Shown here: piece by piece, positions 38,531 to 47,485 of the stretch
Layout of the letters: each line of letters begins with the position of its first letter
Numbering within the stretch: position 1 is the first letter of the stretch
Source of the DNA: Acidimicrobiales bacterium MED-G01
Lineage (GTDB): Bacteria; Actinomycetota; Acidimicrobiia; Acidimicrobiales; Poriferisodalaceae
Direction: 5' to 3'
DNA length: 64,000 nt
Assembly: GCA_002457435.1 (NCBI GenBank)
Contig: NTLA01000004.1
Span: 53,838-117,837 of the forward strand
Notes under the pieces: generated by a model
Databases searched by the model: none
Seen by the model: the letters and a program-made list of their open reading frames with translations, nothing else
Told to the model about the DNA's origin: nothing
Translations under genes and position numbers: made by a program

Positions 38531-39319
38531 CTACTCACCGATGAAATTGGGTGCTCGCTTCTCAACAAATGCCGCTATGCCCTCTTGGCCGTCATGAGTA
38601 CCCATTGCCTCGGCAATCATCACTCCCTCTACTTCTCCGGCCTGCTCTAGCGTGCTATTGAAGCCGGCATAGACAATTTGTTTCGCATGGCCAAGCGCCC
38701 ATGACGGTCCATCAGCAAGAGACTGGGCCATCTCGGCAGTAGCGGCATCCACTTCATCGTCAGGCACGACGCGGTTCACTAATCCCCAAGCTTCAGCCTC
38801 GTGAGCTGACAGAACCCTATTTGTCAGGGTGAGGTCAAGCATCCTTCGAACACCGATGTGGCGCGCAACAAAATAGGTAGAGGTCCCATCGGGCGTCACA
38901 CCTGCTTTGGTGTAAGCCATAGTGAATTGTGCTGATTCTCCTGCCACGACGAGATCGAAGGCGCTGACTATTGAGAGTCCCGCTCCACCCGCAGCCCCAT
39001 TTACCCCCGCAACGAATGGTTTCGGCATCCGATTCATTTTGTAAATGCCACCATGGAAATCGGTAAGCATCCCGCTAGCCAATTTCGGCAGGCCAGGACC
39101 TGCCTCGTGGAATTCTTTCAAGTCTCCGCCCGCATGAAACACTTTGCCTTCAGCAGTTACGGACACAGCCTTAACATTCTGGTCCCATTCGATCTCAAGC
39201 ATCACGTCGCGAAGATCACGAGAGAATTGCGGATTAACAGTATTGGCTGCGCCCTGACGGGCAAAGCGGACATGCGCGACGCCATCTCGCGTTTCGTATT
39301 CGATCGTCTCCAAGTTCAT
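38531..39319 (-). CDS. Enoyl-CoA hydratase/isomerase (PaaG-like)
   Basis: FHAGGDL, VNGAAGGAG and AYTKAGVTPDG. Confidence 0.9.
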   Translation of the reverse strand: MNLETIEYETRDGVAHVRFARQGAANTVNPQFSRDLRDVMLEIEWDQNVKAVSVTAEGKVFHAGGDLKEFHEAGPGLPKLASGMLTDFHGGIYKMNRMPKPFVAGVNGAAGGAGLSIVSAFDLVVAGESAQFTMAYTKAGVTPDGTSTYFVARHIGVRRMLDLTLTNRVLSAHEAEAWGLVNRVVPDDEVDAATAEMAQSLADGPSWALGHAKQIVYAGFNSTLEQAGEVEGVMIAEAMGTHDGQEGIAAFVEKRAPNFIGE

Positions 39320-39352
39320 TTTCTTATCCTTTCAAAATCTCTATTTTCAAAA

Positions 39353-40321
39353 TCATCGCGCTGCTGGAGCCAAGTCACGAGCAGCCTGCACTGGGTCAAT
39401 ATCTCCAAACGGCATTATCGAAACGGTCGAGGTTGTTACCCCCATCTCGTGATAACGATCAATATGCTCCCGGCATTCTTCAGGATGGCCATGAACTATT
39501 AGCTCATCAACCACATGATCAGGAATCGCGTCTAGTGCTGCTTTCCGGTCACCATCTGACCATGCGCTCCACATTCCGTTGAGATCGTCAGAACGCCCGA
39601 GCCAACGATGAAAATCTGCATAGACAGGAACATTTAAATATGCCGCGATCGCTCTCTTCGCCCCAGCTCGCACAATCTCGGCGTCCGGGTTTGGGCAGCA
39701 AAAGATTCGCGCAACTATCTCTTTATCTGGACCCCCTTCCTCTACGTATGGCTTGACGGTGGCCACGTCATCAGCTGAAAGCCAATTGATTATGGCCCCG
39801 TCACCTTCTCGGCCCGCGAGACGAAGCATGCCCGCTCGCAAGGCCGCGATCAGAATTGGGGGCTGTATTGGTGGAACTCGCCGCAAAGTGAACCCCTTGA
39901 CTGCGAATTCATCGAACTCCTGAGAAACTTTCTCACCAGTAAGGGCTGTTCGCAGGAACCTCACCATGTCACGAGTTCTCTTATACGGCTCCTCGAAAGG
40001 AATTCCATTCCAATGTTCAACAATGACGTTCGACGACGAACCTATCCCCATTACAAACCTTCCAGGTGCCGCCTCACACATTGATGCAATGTGTTGCGCC
40101 ATTAAGGCTGGTCCACGAGTAAAGGCTGGAATAATCGCTACCCCTAGGCGAAGTTCGGGTGCCCACTGCGACGCCAAGATGAGCGGTGTGAAGCCGTCTG
40201 TTCCATCCGCTTCCGAACTCCACAAATCTGTGTATCCCAAATCGGCAAACTCCTGGTACAGATCTCGCTGCTCGTTTAGCGGTGCATCGAATGGAACTGT
40301 TATGCCATAGCGATAACTCAT
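39353..40321 (-). CDS. LLM-class F420-dependent oxidoreductase
   Basis: WSSEADG, LGVAIIPAFTRGP and AALRAGMLRLAG. Confidence 0.88.
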   Translation of the reverse strand: MSYRYGITVPFDAPLNEQRDLYQEFADLGYTDLWSSEADGTDGFTPLILASQWAPELRLGVAIIPAFTRGPALMAQHIASMCEAAPGRFVMGIGSSSNVIVEHWNGIPFEEPYKRTRDMVRFLRTALTGEKVSQEFDEFAVKGFTLRRVPPIQPPILIAALRAGMLRLAGREGDGAIINWLSADDVATVKPYVEEGGPDKEIVARIFCCPNPDAEIVRAGAKRAIAAYLNVPVYADFHRWLGRSDDLNGMWSAWSDGDRKAALDAIPDHVVDELIVHGHPEECREHIDRYHEMGVTTSTVSIMPFGDIDPVQAARDLAPAAR

Positions 40322-40455
40322 ATCTTCTGAATTCCTTACTTCAGTAGCGCTCTGTTACCGACATTAGCCAAATCACTTCGTTCGTTACTCATCAACATCA
40401 CACTTAACTCCGCGATATGGGTTCCACTGTCCCACCCTGCGACAAGAATAGATCC

Positions 40456-40623
40456 ATGACCAGACAGCTACGCCTCATCGAAATAGCGCCACGAACGTCA
40501 CTAGGGCCCAATCGAAAACTGAACTTTAAGACGCGTGACCTAGGAAGAAGAGGGATAGCGGAGGCGAGAGCAGCCCTAGCTGACGCCCGTCTGCTACCGG
40601 AGGTCGATCTAGACGCTGCATAG
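40456..40623 (+). CDS. Small basic hypothetical protein (55 aa)
   Basis: MTRQLRLIE...TRDLGRRGIAEARAAL helical motif; occupies an otherwise empty gap. Confidence 0.55.
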   Translation: MTRQLRLIEIAPRTSLGPNRKLNFKTRDLGRRGIAEARAALADARLLPEVDLDAA

Positions 40624-40726
40624 GCACCCCTTTGCTTCAGTTCATTGGTCGACCACTTACCGATGCTGATCTGCGCAATCTCCCGAAGCTCAGGTACGGG
40701 ACGACTGTCATGACTAAGGTTGACAC

Positions 40727-41893
40727 ATGTCTGAAATAGTGATCGTCGAAGCCGTCCGTTCGCCTGTTGGGCGACGAGGCGGTGAACTGAGCAACATTCA
40801 TCCAGCTGACCTGCTGAGTGAGGTGCAAACAGCCCTTATTGAGCGAAGCGGGGTTGACCCTTCCACTATTGGCCAAGTAGTGGGCGGATGCGTTAGTCAA
40901 GCAGGCGAGCAAACTGCGAATATCGCTCGAACTGCTTGGCTTGGCGCCGGAATGCCATTAAACGTCGCGGCAACGACAGTTGACGCTCAATGCGGCTCTA
41001 GCCAGCAGGCGATTTCACTGGCATACGGTTTGGTGGCTTCAGGAGTTGTCGATAGCGCCGTTGGTTGTGGCGTTGAATCAATGACCCGGAATCCAATGGG
41101 TTCTTCCTATAAGAAGGGCCAACTAACCGCGACACCGCGCTATAAGGAACACTACGAATACACGACACAGTTCCAAGGTGCGGAGTTATTGGCTAAGAAG
41201 TGGAACATCACACGCGACGAATGCGATGAGTTCGGCCTTCGAAGCCAAGAGAACGCTGCAAGGGCTTGGGATGAAGACAGGTTCGCTACTCAGATAGTCG
41301 AAGTGGACGTTCCGGTACTGGACGACGATGGAACCGCAACCGGAGAGAGGCAGCGAGTTTCAAGAGATGGTGGTCTTCGACCAACGACGCTTGAAGCGTT
41401 ATCGCAGTTGAGTCCAGTAATGGATGATGGCGTACATACGGCAGGTGCCTCCTCACAGATAAGCGACGGAAGCGGCGCAGTGTTAATGATGACTGCTGAG
41501 AAAGCCGAAGAACAGGGACTCAAGCCACTCGGTCGCATTATCGACACTTGCCTGGTTGGAAGTGATCCTGTTTTGATGCTGACAGGACCTATAGAAGCCA
41601 CTCATCACTTACTGGAACGCAACAACATGACGATGGGTGACATTGACGTCGTGGAGATAAACGAGGCGTTCGCTTCAGTGGTTCTGGCTTGGGCTCGCGA
41701 AATGAACCCTGACATGGATTCTGTCAACCCAAACGGTGGAGCGATTGCGTTAGGTCACCCACTTGGAGGTACCGGATCAATTCTGATGACTAAAGCGCTT
41801 CACGAGTTGCACCGCGCTGACAAAGAATTCGGGCTCGTAACCATGTGCTGCGGTGGTGGACTAGGAACCGGAACGATCATTCAACGCATGTGA
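40727..41893 (+). CDS. Acetyl-CoA C-acyltransferase (thiolase, FadA5-like)
   Basis: QCGSSQQA, EINEAFA, GGAIALGHP and MCCGGG. Confidence 0.93.
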   Translation: MSEIVIVEAVRSPVGRRGGELSNIHPADLLSEVQTALIERSGVDPSTIGQVVGGCVSQAGEQTANIARTAWLGAGMPLNVAATTVDAQCGSSQQAISLAYGLVASGVVDSAVGCGVESMTRNPMGSSYKKGQLTATPRYKEHYEYTTQFQGAELLAKKWNITRDECDEFGLRSQENAARAWDEDRFATQIVEVDVPVLDDDGTATGERQRVSRDGGLRPTTLEALSQLSPVMDDGVHTAGASSQISDGSGAVLMMTAEKAEEQGLKPLGRIIDTCLVGSDPVLMLTGPIEATHHLLERNNMTMGDIDVVEINEAFASVVLAWAREMNPDMDSVNPNGGAIALGHPLGGTGSILMTKALHELHRADKEFGLVTMCCGGGLGTGTIIQRM

Positions 41894-41923
41894 ATCGGGC
41901 AATAGTGGTTTGGGCAACCGAAA

Positions 41924-42304
41924 TTAAATAGTCGTTTGCTCTATAAGCGGAGACGGCTCGACGTCGTTCATTCGCGCTTGCCAAACCGGTAACAACTCAA
42001 GCCACATATTCATATCTCCGCTCATTTTGAGTCGTCCCTTCATGTACTCAGCAGCAGGATCAACTTGGCGGCAAAACAACTGCGCAGCTAACTCGTACGG
42101 CATCGTCAGTTCCAGGTCGCGCCCGCGGCCAGAACCCAGATAAGCATTCGTAATGACTCCGTCGCTGAACTCAACGGAAACCGCAACTTTACCTTCCGGG
42201 GTTCCGTCAATCTTGGCGACAACAAGTCCTGAAACGTCGCTGCACCCCGGGTGTTTGGTAGAGGCCCATTCAGCGACAAATTGCTCACTTAAGAATTGCA
42301 TCAC
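41924..42304 (-). CDS. SCP2 sterol-carrier-like domain protein
   Basis: QFLSE..W start and EYMKGRLKMSGD; ATGA overlap with mca. Confidence 0.7.
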   Translation of the reverse strand: MMQFLSEQFVAEWASTKHPGCSDVSGLVVAKIDGTPEGKVAVSVEFSDGVITNAYLGSGRGRDLELTMPYELAAQLFCRQVDPAAEYMKGRLKMSGDMNMWLELLPVWQARMNDVEPSPLIEQTTI

Positions 42305-43164
42305 TCTCTACCTTCGCCCGAGTCCCGCAGCCCCGCGAACAAGTCTTCTTCAATTTCCACGGTAGGAACTCTTGACCGGAGCAGCATGTACTCCTCAAAT
42401 GGATGGATGGCGTCTTGAACTTCGTCAGGCAAGCCAAACCAAAAAGGAGATTTAGGATCAACCTGTGTGGCGTGAGCTAACAAAGCCTTTCTTCTAACAG
42501 CGTTATCGACCGGAATCATCGCACTAATCCGATCATCTCTATCTCTACCCGACAACCACTTTTCGTCATAGGGCGAGTCAAGTCCGCGATCAAGAAAGGC
42601 TTGATGTGTGAGCAACAGTCTTTGCTTTGACCATATGGGGGCGTACAGTTTCAGCGGCTCAAAGGGTTCTCCTGCTTCCGGGTACCAATCAGGGTCGCCC
42701 GCCCGCTCAAAGGCCGGGATGCTTATGGCCGTGACTTGGAGATGATCCGGATGTGGGTAGCGATTCTGGACTTCTGGGTACGTCATGACAACTTGAGGCC
42801 GCACGCGACGAATAACTGCCACAAGCTTTCCCACCGCAGCGTCTAAGTCAGCGTTGGCGAAAGCTTCTGGGTGGTCATTAGCTTCAGTATCTGGCATACC
42901 CGAATCTCTGTAACCAAGCATGACAACTTCGTCATAGCCAATAATCGATGCTGCTAAGTCGAGTTCAGCGAGCCGAACGGACGCCAATTCTTCCTTTATT
43001 TCTTGGCGTTCCATCGCTGGGTTAAGTATGTCTCCTTCTTCTCCTCCGGTGCAGCAAACCAACGTCGTTCGGATGCCCTGAGAGGCGTACAGGTTGACAG
43101 TCCCAGGACCTTTCGACGACTCATCATCGGGGTGCGCGTGGACTGTAAGTATCGACAGCGACAT
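42301..43164 (-). CDS. mca: Mycothiol S-conjugate amidase
   Basis: VHAHPDDESSKG, TGGEEGDILNP, GYRDSG, YPHPDH, ALLAHATQVDP and EEDLFAG. Confidence 0.9.
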   Translation of the reverse strand: MSLSILTVHAHPDDESSKGPGTVNLYASQGIRTTLVCCTGGEEGDILNPAMERQEIKEELASVRLAELDLAASIIGYDEVVMLGYRDSGMPDTEANDHPEAFANADLDAAVGKLVAVIRRVRPQVVMTYPEVQNRYPHPDHLQVTAISIPAFERAGDPDWYPEAGEPFEPLKLYAPIWSKQRLLLTHQAFLDRGLDSPYDEKWLSGRDRDDRISAMIPVDNAVRRKALLAHATQVDPKSPFWFGLPDEVQDAIHPFEEYMLLRSRVPTVEIEEDLFAGLRDSGEGRE

Positions 43165-43218
43165 CAGAGCCAAGCTAGCAATCCGTTGACGTCAGACGTG
43201 CATATAAGGAGCTTGATT

Positions 43219-44442
43219 TTAGTTGGCAGGTGTGAGGTCTACCATCCCTGTTTCTTCATCGACGGCCATCGCATACCCGCACAAGGCGGCTAATCGTTCT
43301 CTGCCTTCTTCGGGGCCAGAAGCGAGCAGTTCATCGCCGGCTCTTAGAGTCACTGTCTTTCTTGGGTTGTATATGTAACGAGAGGCTCGACGCACCGCGA
43401 GAACGTGGTAACCCGGATCAACCGCTAGTCCCAGCGACCCTAAAGTTGCATCGTCAGCAATAGATCCCGGCGCAACCGGTACCTGAACAACGACATCGTC
43501 GGTGTCACCTAGTGCAAGCGCCAGCACTGGATGTACGTCTTCTTGATCAAGAACTAAAGAAACTATTTGTAGCGCTTGATCTCCAATATCTTCGGCTGCT
43601 TCAGCCAAATGAAGCAGGCCGCGAAGATTAGATGGGTCAACATCGTCGGCTGCCGCTCGAAGGACCCAGGTCTGCAATGAAACTTTCATCTCATCTAAGC
43701 GTTCCTCTAGAGCACGTACTTCTCTAGCTAGTGAAAGGTCCTGAAGCACTAAAGCCGAATAGGCCAAACCGATCGAAGTTTCCGAAATATTTTTCATTTC
43801 GACGAGCGTGTCCACGGCCCGATCAAGGTCAGTCAGAAGGCTTGAAGTGTCGGCTTCTGGAGGTACCCATGGTTGCGCTGCAGCTAATTCTCGAAGTCGA
43901 ACAATGCCAGCAGGTTCGCCTCTCATAAATAACGCATCACCAGCCTCAACAACCTCGTCGCCACCCACGTCTGTAAGCCAACGTCTTCCTCGTTGTATCG
44001 CGACCACCCGCATTCCTACAACGACAGGTAATTCCATATCCGAAAGTGGGCGGTTTGCCAAGTGGCTTCCCTCGGCCACCACAAGTCGATGCGAAACTTC
44101 CGCTGCCTCTGCTAGGTCAACCACCAAGGCGCGAGGAATACCAATGTTCCGCAGAACAATCTTTCCAATGTCGACTGCCGCATTCGCTATCTGCTCAATT
44201 GAGGACACCACTTGCAGAACGGAACTCATACCATCGACCTCGCGTGGATGTCGAACCGCAAGCATCGCCAAAGACCGCATCTCATGCACAAGATCAGACA
44301 TTTCTTCTTCTAGGCCCAGAACAGCTTCGGCCATCCCTTCATCATCGAAATACAGCGCCGCGTAGGCGAGGTCGACCATTAACTCCGAGGTGTTTTTCGA
44401 CTCGGCCAGAAGAGTTTTAAGATTCCTTGGTTTGTCATCCAT
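43219..44442 (-). CDS. Tandem PhoU-like + TrkA-C (RCK_C) domain protein
   Basis: Two repeats (ESKNTSELMVDLAYAAL / EMKNISETSIGLAYSAL), each followed by an RCK_C domain (GMRVVAIQRG..GDAL / GYHVLAVRR..GDEL). Confidence 0.85.
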   Translation of the reverse strand: MDDKPRNLKTLLAESKNTSELMVDLAYAALYFDDEGMAEAVLGLEEEMSDLVHEMRSLAMLAVRHPREVDGMSSVLQVVSSIEQIANAAVDIGKIVLRNIGIPRALVVDLAEAAEVSHRLVVAEGSHLANRPLSDMELPVVVGMRVVAIQRGRRWLTDVGGDEVVEAGDALFMRGEPAGIVRLRELAAAQPWVPPEADTSSLLTDLDRAVDTLVEMKNISETSIGLAYSALVLQDLSLAREVRALEERLDEMKVSLQTWVLRAAADDVDPSNLRGLLHLAEAAEDIGDQALQIVSLVLDQEDVHPVLALALGDTDDVVVQVPVAPGSIADDATLGSLGLAVDPGYHVLAVRRASRYIYNPRKTVTLRAGDELLASGPEEGRERLAALCGYAMAVDEETGMVDLTPAN

Positions 44443-44538
44443 GACGTATCTCACAGGCTAGGCAATAAGAACAAGGTGTAGGAACAAAATGAAATCGACG
44501 GGGCACAAGGCCTCTCCCTGATGGACCTTCCGAGCTAT

Positions 44539-45825
44539 TCACGACAAACCCATCCAACCAATCGTAAGAACCAGTGCTGCAGCGCCTCCAAGGTCGACTG
44601 AGCTAGTTACAAGCGGTATTCCGTATGTGTCTGGGTCTACTCCAACTCGAACAGCTAGAGCAGTTCCGTAGTAGCCGATGGCACCAGCAAGCAAGGTCGC
44701 AATCAATCCGCCAATAGTTGAGATCCAAACGAGCGAAGCCATACCTGGCGATTCAAAACCGAACAAAGAGCTTGCTAGTTGCGCCAACAGACCATTGAGG
44801 ACTAGTACGGGCAAAGCAAAGGCTAGACCGGCTACCAAGTCTCTACGAGCAGGTCGGCCAGGGATTGCCGTCGGCTCTATGACGCCTAGGTGAAACTTGG
44901 AAGAGAGCCTGCCCGAAAGAATGCCACCGATTGCGCCCGCAGTCGCGAGGGATGCGGGGACTAAAACGAGCATCGCTCTATTGGCAGCAAAAGCTTCTAA
45001 TTCGTGTTCAATCACCACTCCCGCTATCACTAACAATAATCCGGTAGCCAACAGAATCGGTAGTGACTCAACCAAGACCTGCCGCAGCAGCGTGAACTCC
45101 GTGCGTCGGACCCACCAAAGACTCAGAGCAGTTATTACAAGTACCGCAATGGCAAGAATTGTTGTTAGTACATCTATTTCTAATAGCAGACTGGCAACAA
45201 GCAACGCCGGCAGGGTCACCACGTCACCCACGGCCGACACCAATGGGGCATTCACATCGTCTAGATCCCAACCCCGTTGGGCCGACCTAGCTGCCAAAAC
45301 GAGAGTCACGGCTACAAGGACCATGAAGGAAAGTAAGGCCCCGACTGCAGATAGAACTAATAGGTCAGCAACAGCCACTACCGAATCAAGTCCAAAAATC
45401 GGTGATAGCAATTTCGTAAGAACTGCTAGTGCGACCGCTGTCACGAGCGACAGAACTCCAGAGGCCAACACATTTTGCATGACCAAGGTTTCAGGTCGAC
45501 GAGACATTCGGAAGGTACCGGCATGAATGGACGTTGCTAAACGACTGCCTAAGGCACCAAATATGTTCCCCCGCATACCAATTGCTGCCGGGACTAAGAC
45601 AAGCAGTCCGGGATAGCGTTCAAGGGTTCCTGTCATCGCAGCTAACAGTCCCCCAGCAACGACTGCTGTAAGGCTGCTGAAGCCCAATGCGACAAGACTT
45701 TGGCGGATACCAACGCTGTCAGGTCCAAGCAAGTCTCGTACTCGAGCGGTTCGCCGAACTCGAAAACGGCGCCCTTCCCTGTATCCGCGACCCGAGGGTC
45801 GCTGGAGGGAACGGAGAAGACGCAT
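44539..45825 (-). CDS. Divalent-cation transporter with two MgtE membrane domains (SLC41/archaeal type)
   Basis: PAAIGMRGNI..GSRL and PASLATAGAIGGILSGRL; DLDDVNAPLVSAVGD and DPDTYGIPLVTSSVD; roughly 10 TM segments. Confidence 0.85.
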   Translation of the reverse strand: MRLLRSLQRPSGRGYREGRRFRVRRTARVRDLLGPDSVGIRQSLVALGFSSLTAVVAGGLLAAMTGTLERYPGLLVLVPAAIGMRGNIFGALGSRLATSIHAGTFRMSRRPETLVMQNVLASGVLSLVTAVALAVLTKLLSPIFGLDSVVAVADLLVLSAVGALLSFMVLVAVTLVLAARSAQRGWDLDDVNAPLVSAVGDVVTLPALLVASLLLEIDVLTTILAIAVLVITALSLWWVRRTEFTLLRQVLVESLPILLATGLLLVIAGVVIEHELEAFAANRAMLVLVPASLATAGAIGGILSGRLSSKFHLGVIEPTAIPGRPARRDLVAGLAFALPVLVLNGLLAQLASSLFGFESPGMASLVWISTIGGLIATLLAGAIGYYGTALAVRVGVDPDTYGIPLVTSSVDLGGAAALVLTIGWMGLS

Positions 45826-45889
45826 AGCCCTAGGGTGGCATCTAGGCGAACCCTAGACGGGCCTCCTTTTCGTTTAGATGTTTAATTGA

Positions 45890-46519
45890 TCAAATCGAGG
45901 TGCCAGCTAGGCGTTTCATTGCAGCCGAAAGTTGGTCAGGGCCCAGGTTTCCGCTCATTCGAAATGCAACTGTTCCATCCGCCTCTATGAAAACGAAATA
46001 AGGCACTGACATCGCACCAAATGCATCCGCGATTGCATGAGACGACGCGTCAGCTACAACTGGATGTTTCCACCCCTGCTCACTCAACCATTTTTTCGGG
46101 GGATGATTCCCACGTTCGGGTGCTTCGAAGGTCGATACGGCAATCAAATCAACGTTCCCCGGTAACTTATTTGCCATCAACCACTCGGTAAGAGCGGCCA
46201 CCTCACGCTGACAGTGCGGACACCAGTGGGCGAAGAACGCCACAACCAGGGGGCGGCCGGCAGGACTGACTTGAACCCTTTCCCCTGTCAAGAGGTCACG
46301 TCCGAACGCTGAGGGGGCTAGTTGACCTACAGCCGGATCAAGTTCAGTTGATTCGAAAGGGTCTAGGGCCTTCCCGGAAACAACTGATGCACTAGATGGT
46401 TCATCCACTTGCTCCACTAATGAATCACTTTGACCACCACGGCAAGCTCCTGCTATCACCATGGGCACAAGCAAGGCGGGAATCAACCAACGGATCACAA
46501 CTCGGACGCTAACGCGCAA
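45890..46519 (-). CDS. TlpA/thioredoxin-like lipoprotein
   Basis: Lipobox IAGAC, WCPHC and VPYFVFI. Confidence 0.88.
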   Translation of the reverse strand: MRVSVRVVIRWLIPALLVPMVIAGACRGGQSDSLVEQVDEPSSASVVSGKALDPFESTELDPAVGQLAPSAFGRDLLTGERVQVSPAGRPLVVAFFAHWCPHCQREVAALTEWLMANKLPGNVDLIAVSTFEAPERGNHPPKKWLSEQGWKHPVVADASSHAIADAFGAMSVPYFVFIEADGTVAFRMSGNLGPDQLSAAMKRLAGTSI

Positions 46520-46531
46520 ATCATCGAGAAA

Positions 46532-47380
46532 CTAAGAGCGAACAAAGTCCCATTGACCGATCGTGTCATCTGGTCGCGGCAACACGACTCCAATTTGACG
46601 AGAAAGAACCAATAGTCGACCATCCGGTGACCAGATCTCGCCCGTTTCGTCTAGGAACCCCTCGCTACCCGACAACTGCCTAAAAACAGCGGCACAGTAA
46701 CTCTCACTGCTTAGATCAATATTTCTTGGGTCAGTCCGGAATTGAACTGTTAGCTCCAAAGTAGGGGTGTGCACAGCAAGGCCAGAATGCACCATGACTG
46801 CTGGAACCCAGGAATCAGACATCGCCGCCAAAAGAGCTTCATCGTATGGTTCAGGTTCAGCTAGCCGGACCCACCCTCCACCTTCGTAACCACCAGGAAC
46901 GGTTGAAGTCTCGGGAACCCCGGGTACTCCTATACCCCAACGTTGCTCCCAACAGCTCCTCAATGGAACATCAGGCAACTCGCTCGCAATAACCCAGGTG
47001 TCATCGATAGCGGGCAGGCTAGGAAACGTTCGTTGCTCCCACTCATGGGAAACTACCTGCATCTCAGCCATTGCAACTAAGGCTGTAGCTATCTGACGGC
47101 CCTCTTGAGTCATTCGTACCGTCGCGAAAGCCGCGATTCTTCCTTCTCGCTCAACAATTACCTCTAATTCAACCGCTCCTTCCCTCGGAGCAGCAAAGAA
47201 ATGAGTGGTAACAGTTCGAACACAGCGATCGTTACCAAGGTAATGCTGTGCCGCTCGAACCAATAGGGCCACAATGACGCCACCATTAGGTCCGTTAACG
47301 ACCCACCATGAGCGATCAAAGTTAGCCACTAGCTGCCCATCTACCTGTTCTTCCATCATCATTGCTTCAGAGAATCGCAT
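46532..47380 (-). CDS. TesB-like double hot-dog thioesterase
   Basis: GPNGG, PTLELTVQF and EIWSPDGRLLVLSRQ. Confidence 0.85.
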   Translation of the reverse strand: MRFSEAMMMEEQVDGQLVANFDRSWWVVNGPNGGVIVALLVRAAQHYLGNDRCVRTVTTHFFAAPREGAVELEVIVEREGRIAAFATVRMTQEGRQIATALVAMAEMQVVSHEWEQRTFPSLPAIDDTWVIASELPDVPLRSCWEQRWGIGVPGVPETSTVPGGYEGGGWVRLAEPEPYDEALLAAMSDSWVPAVMVHSGLAVHTPTLELTVQFRTDPRNIDLSSESYCAAVFRQLSGSEGFLDETGEIWSPDGRLLVLSRQIGVVLPRPDDTIGQWDFVRS

Positions 47381-47485
47381 CGAATTCCTCTTTCACGGAC
47401 AGTTTTCGCCACGAGGCGGGACTGGCTGCGCAGACTTTAGGCGGAGTCAGTGTTCATTACTTGACGCAGGTGGCACAATTCAACT

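Noticed and set aside
43808-45526. Long + strand ORFs (185 and 209 aa)
   Set aside because: Ser/Thr/Ala-rich antisense shadows of the PhoU-RCK and MgtE genes
47400-47424. Hairpin sharing GCCACGAGG with the leader at 4178-4253, considered as a repeat family
   Set aside because: Only 9 nt are shared and the stems differ; compatible with chance
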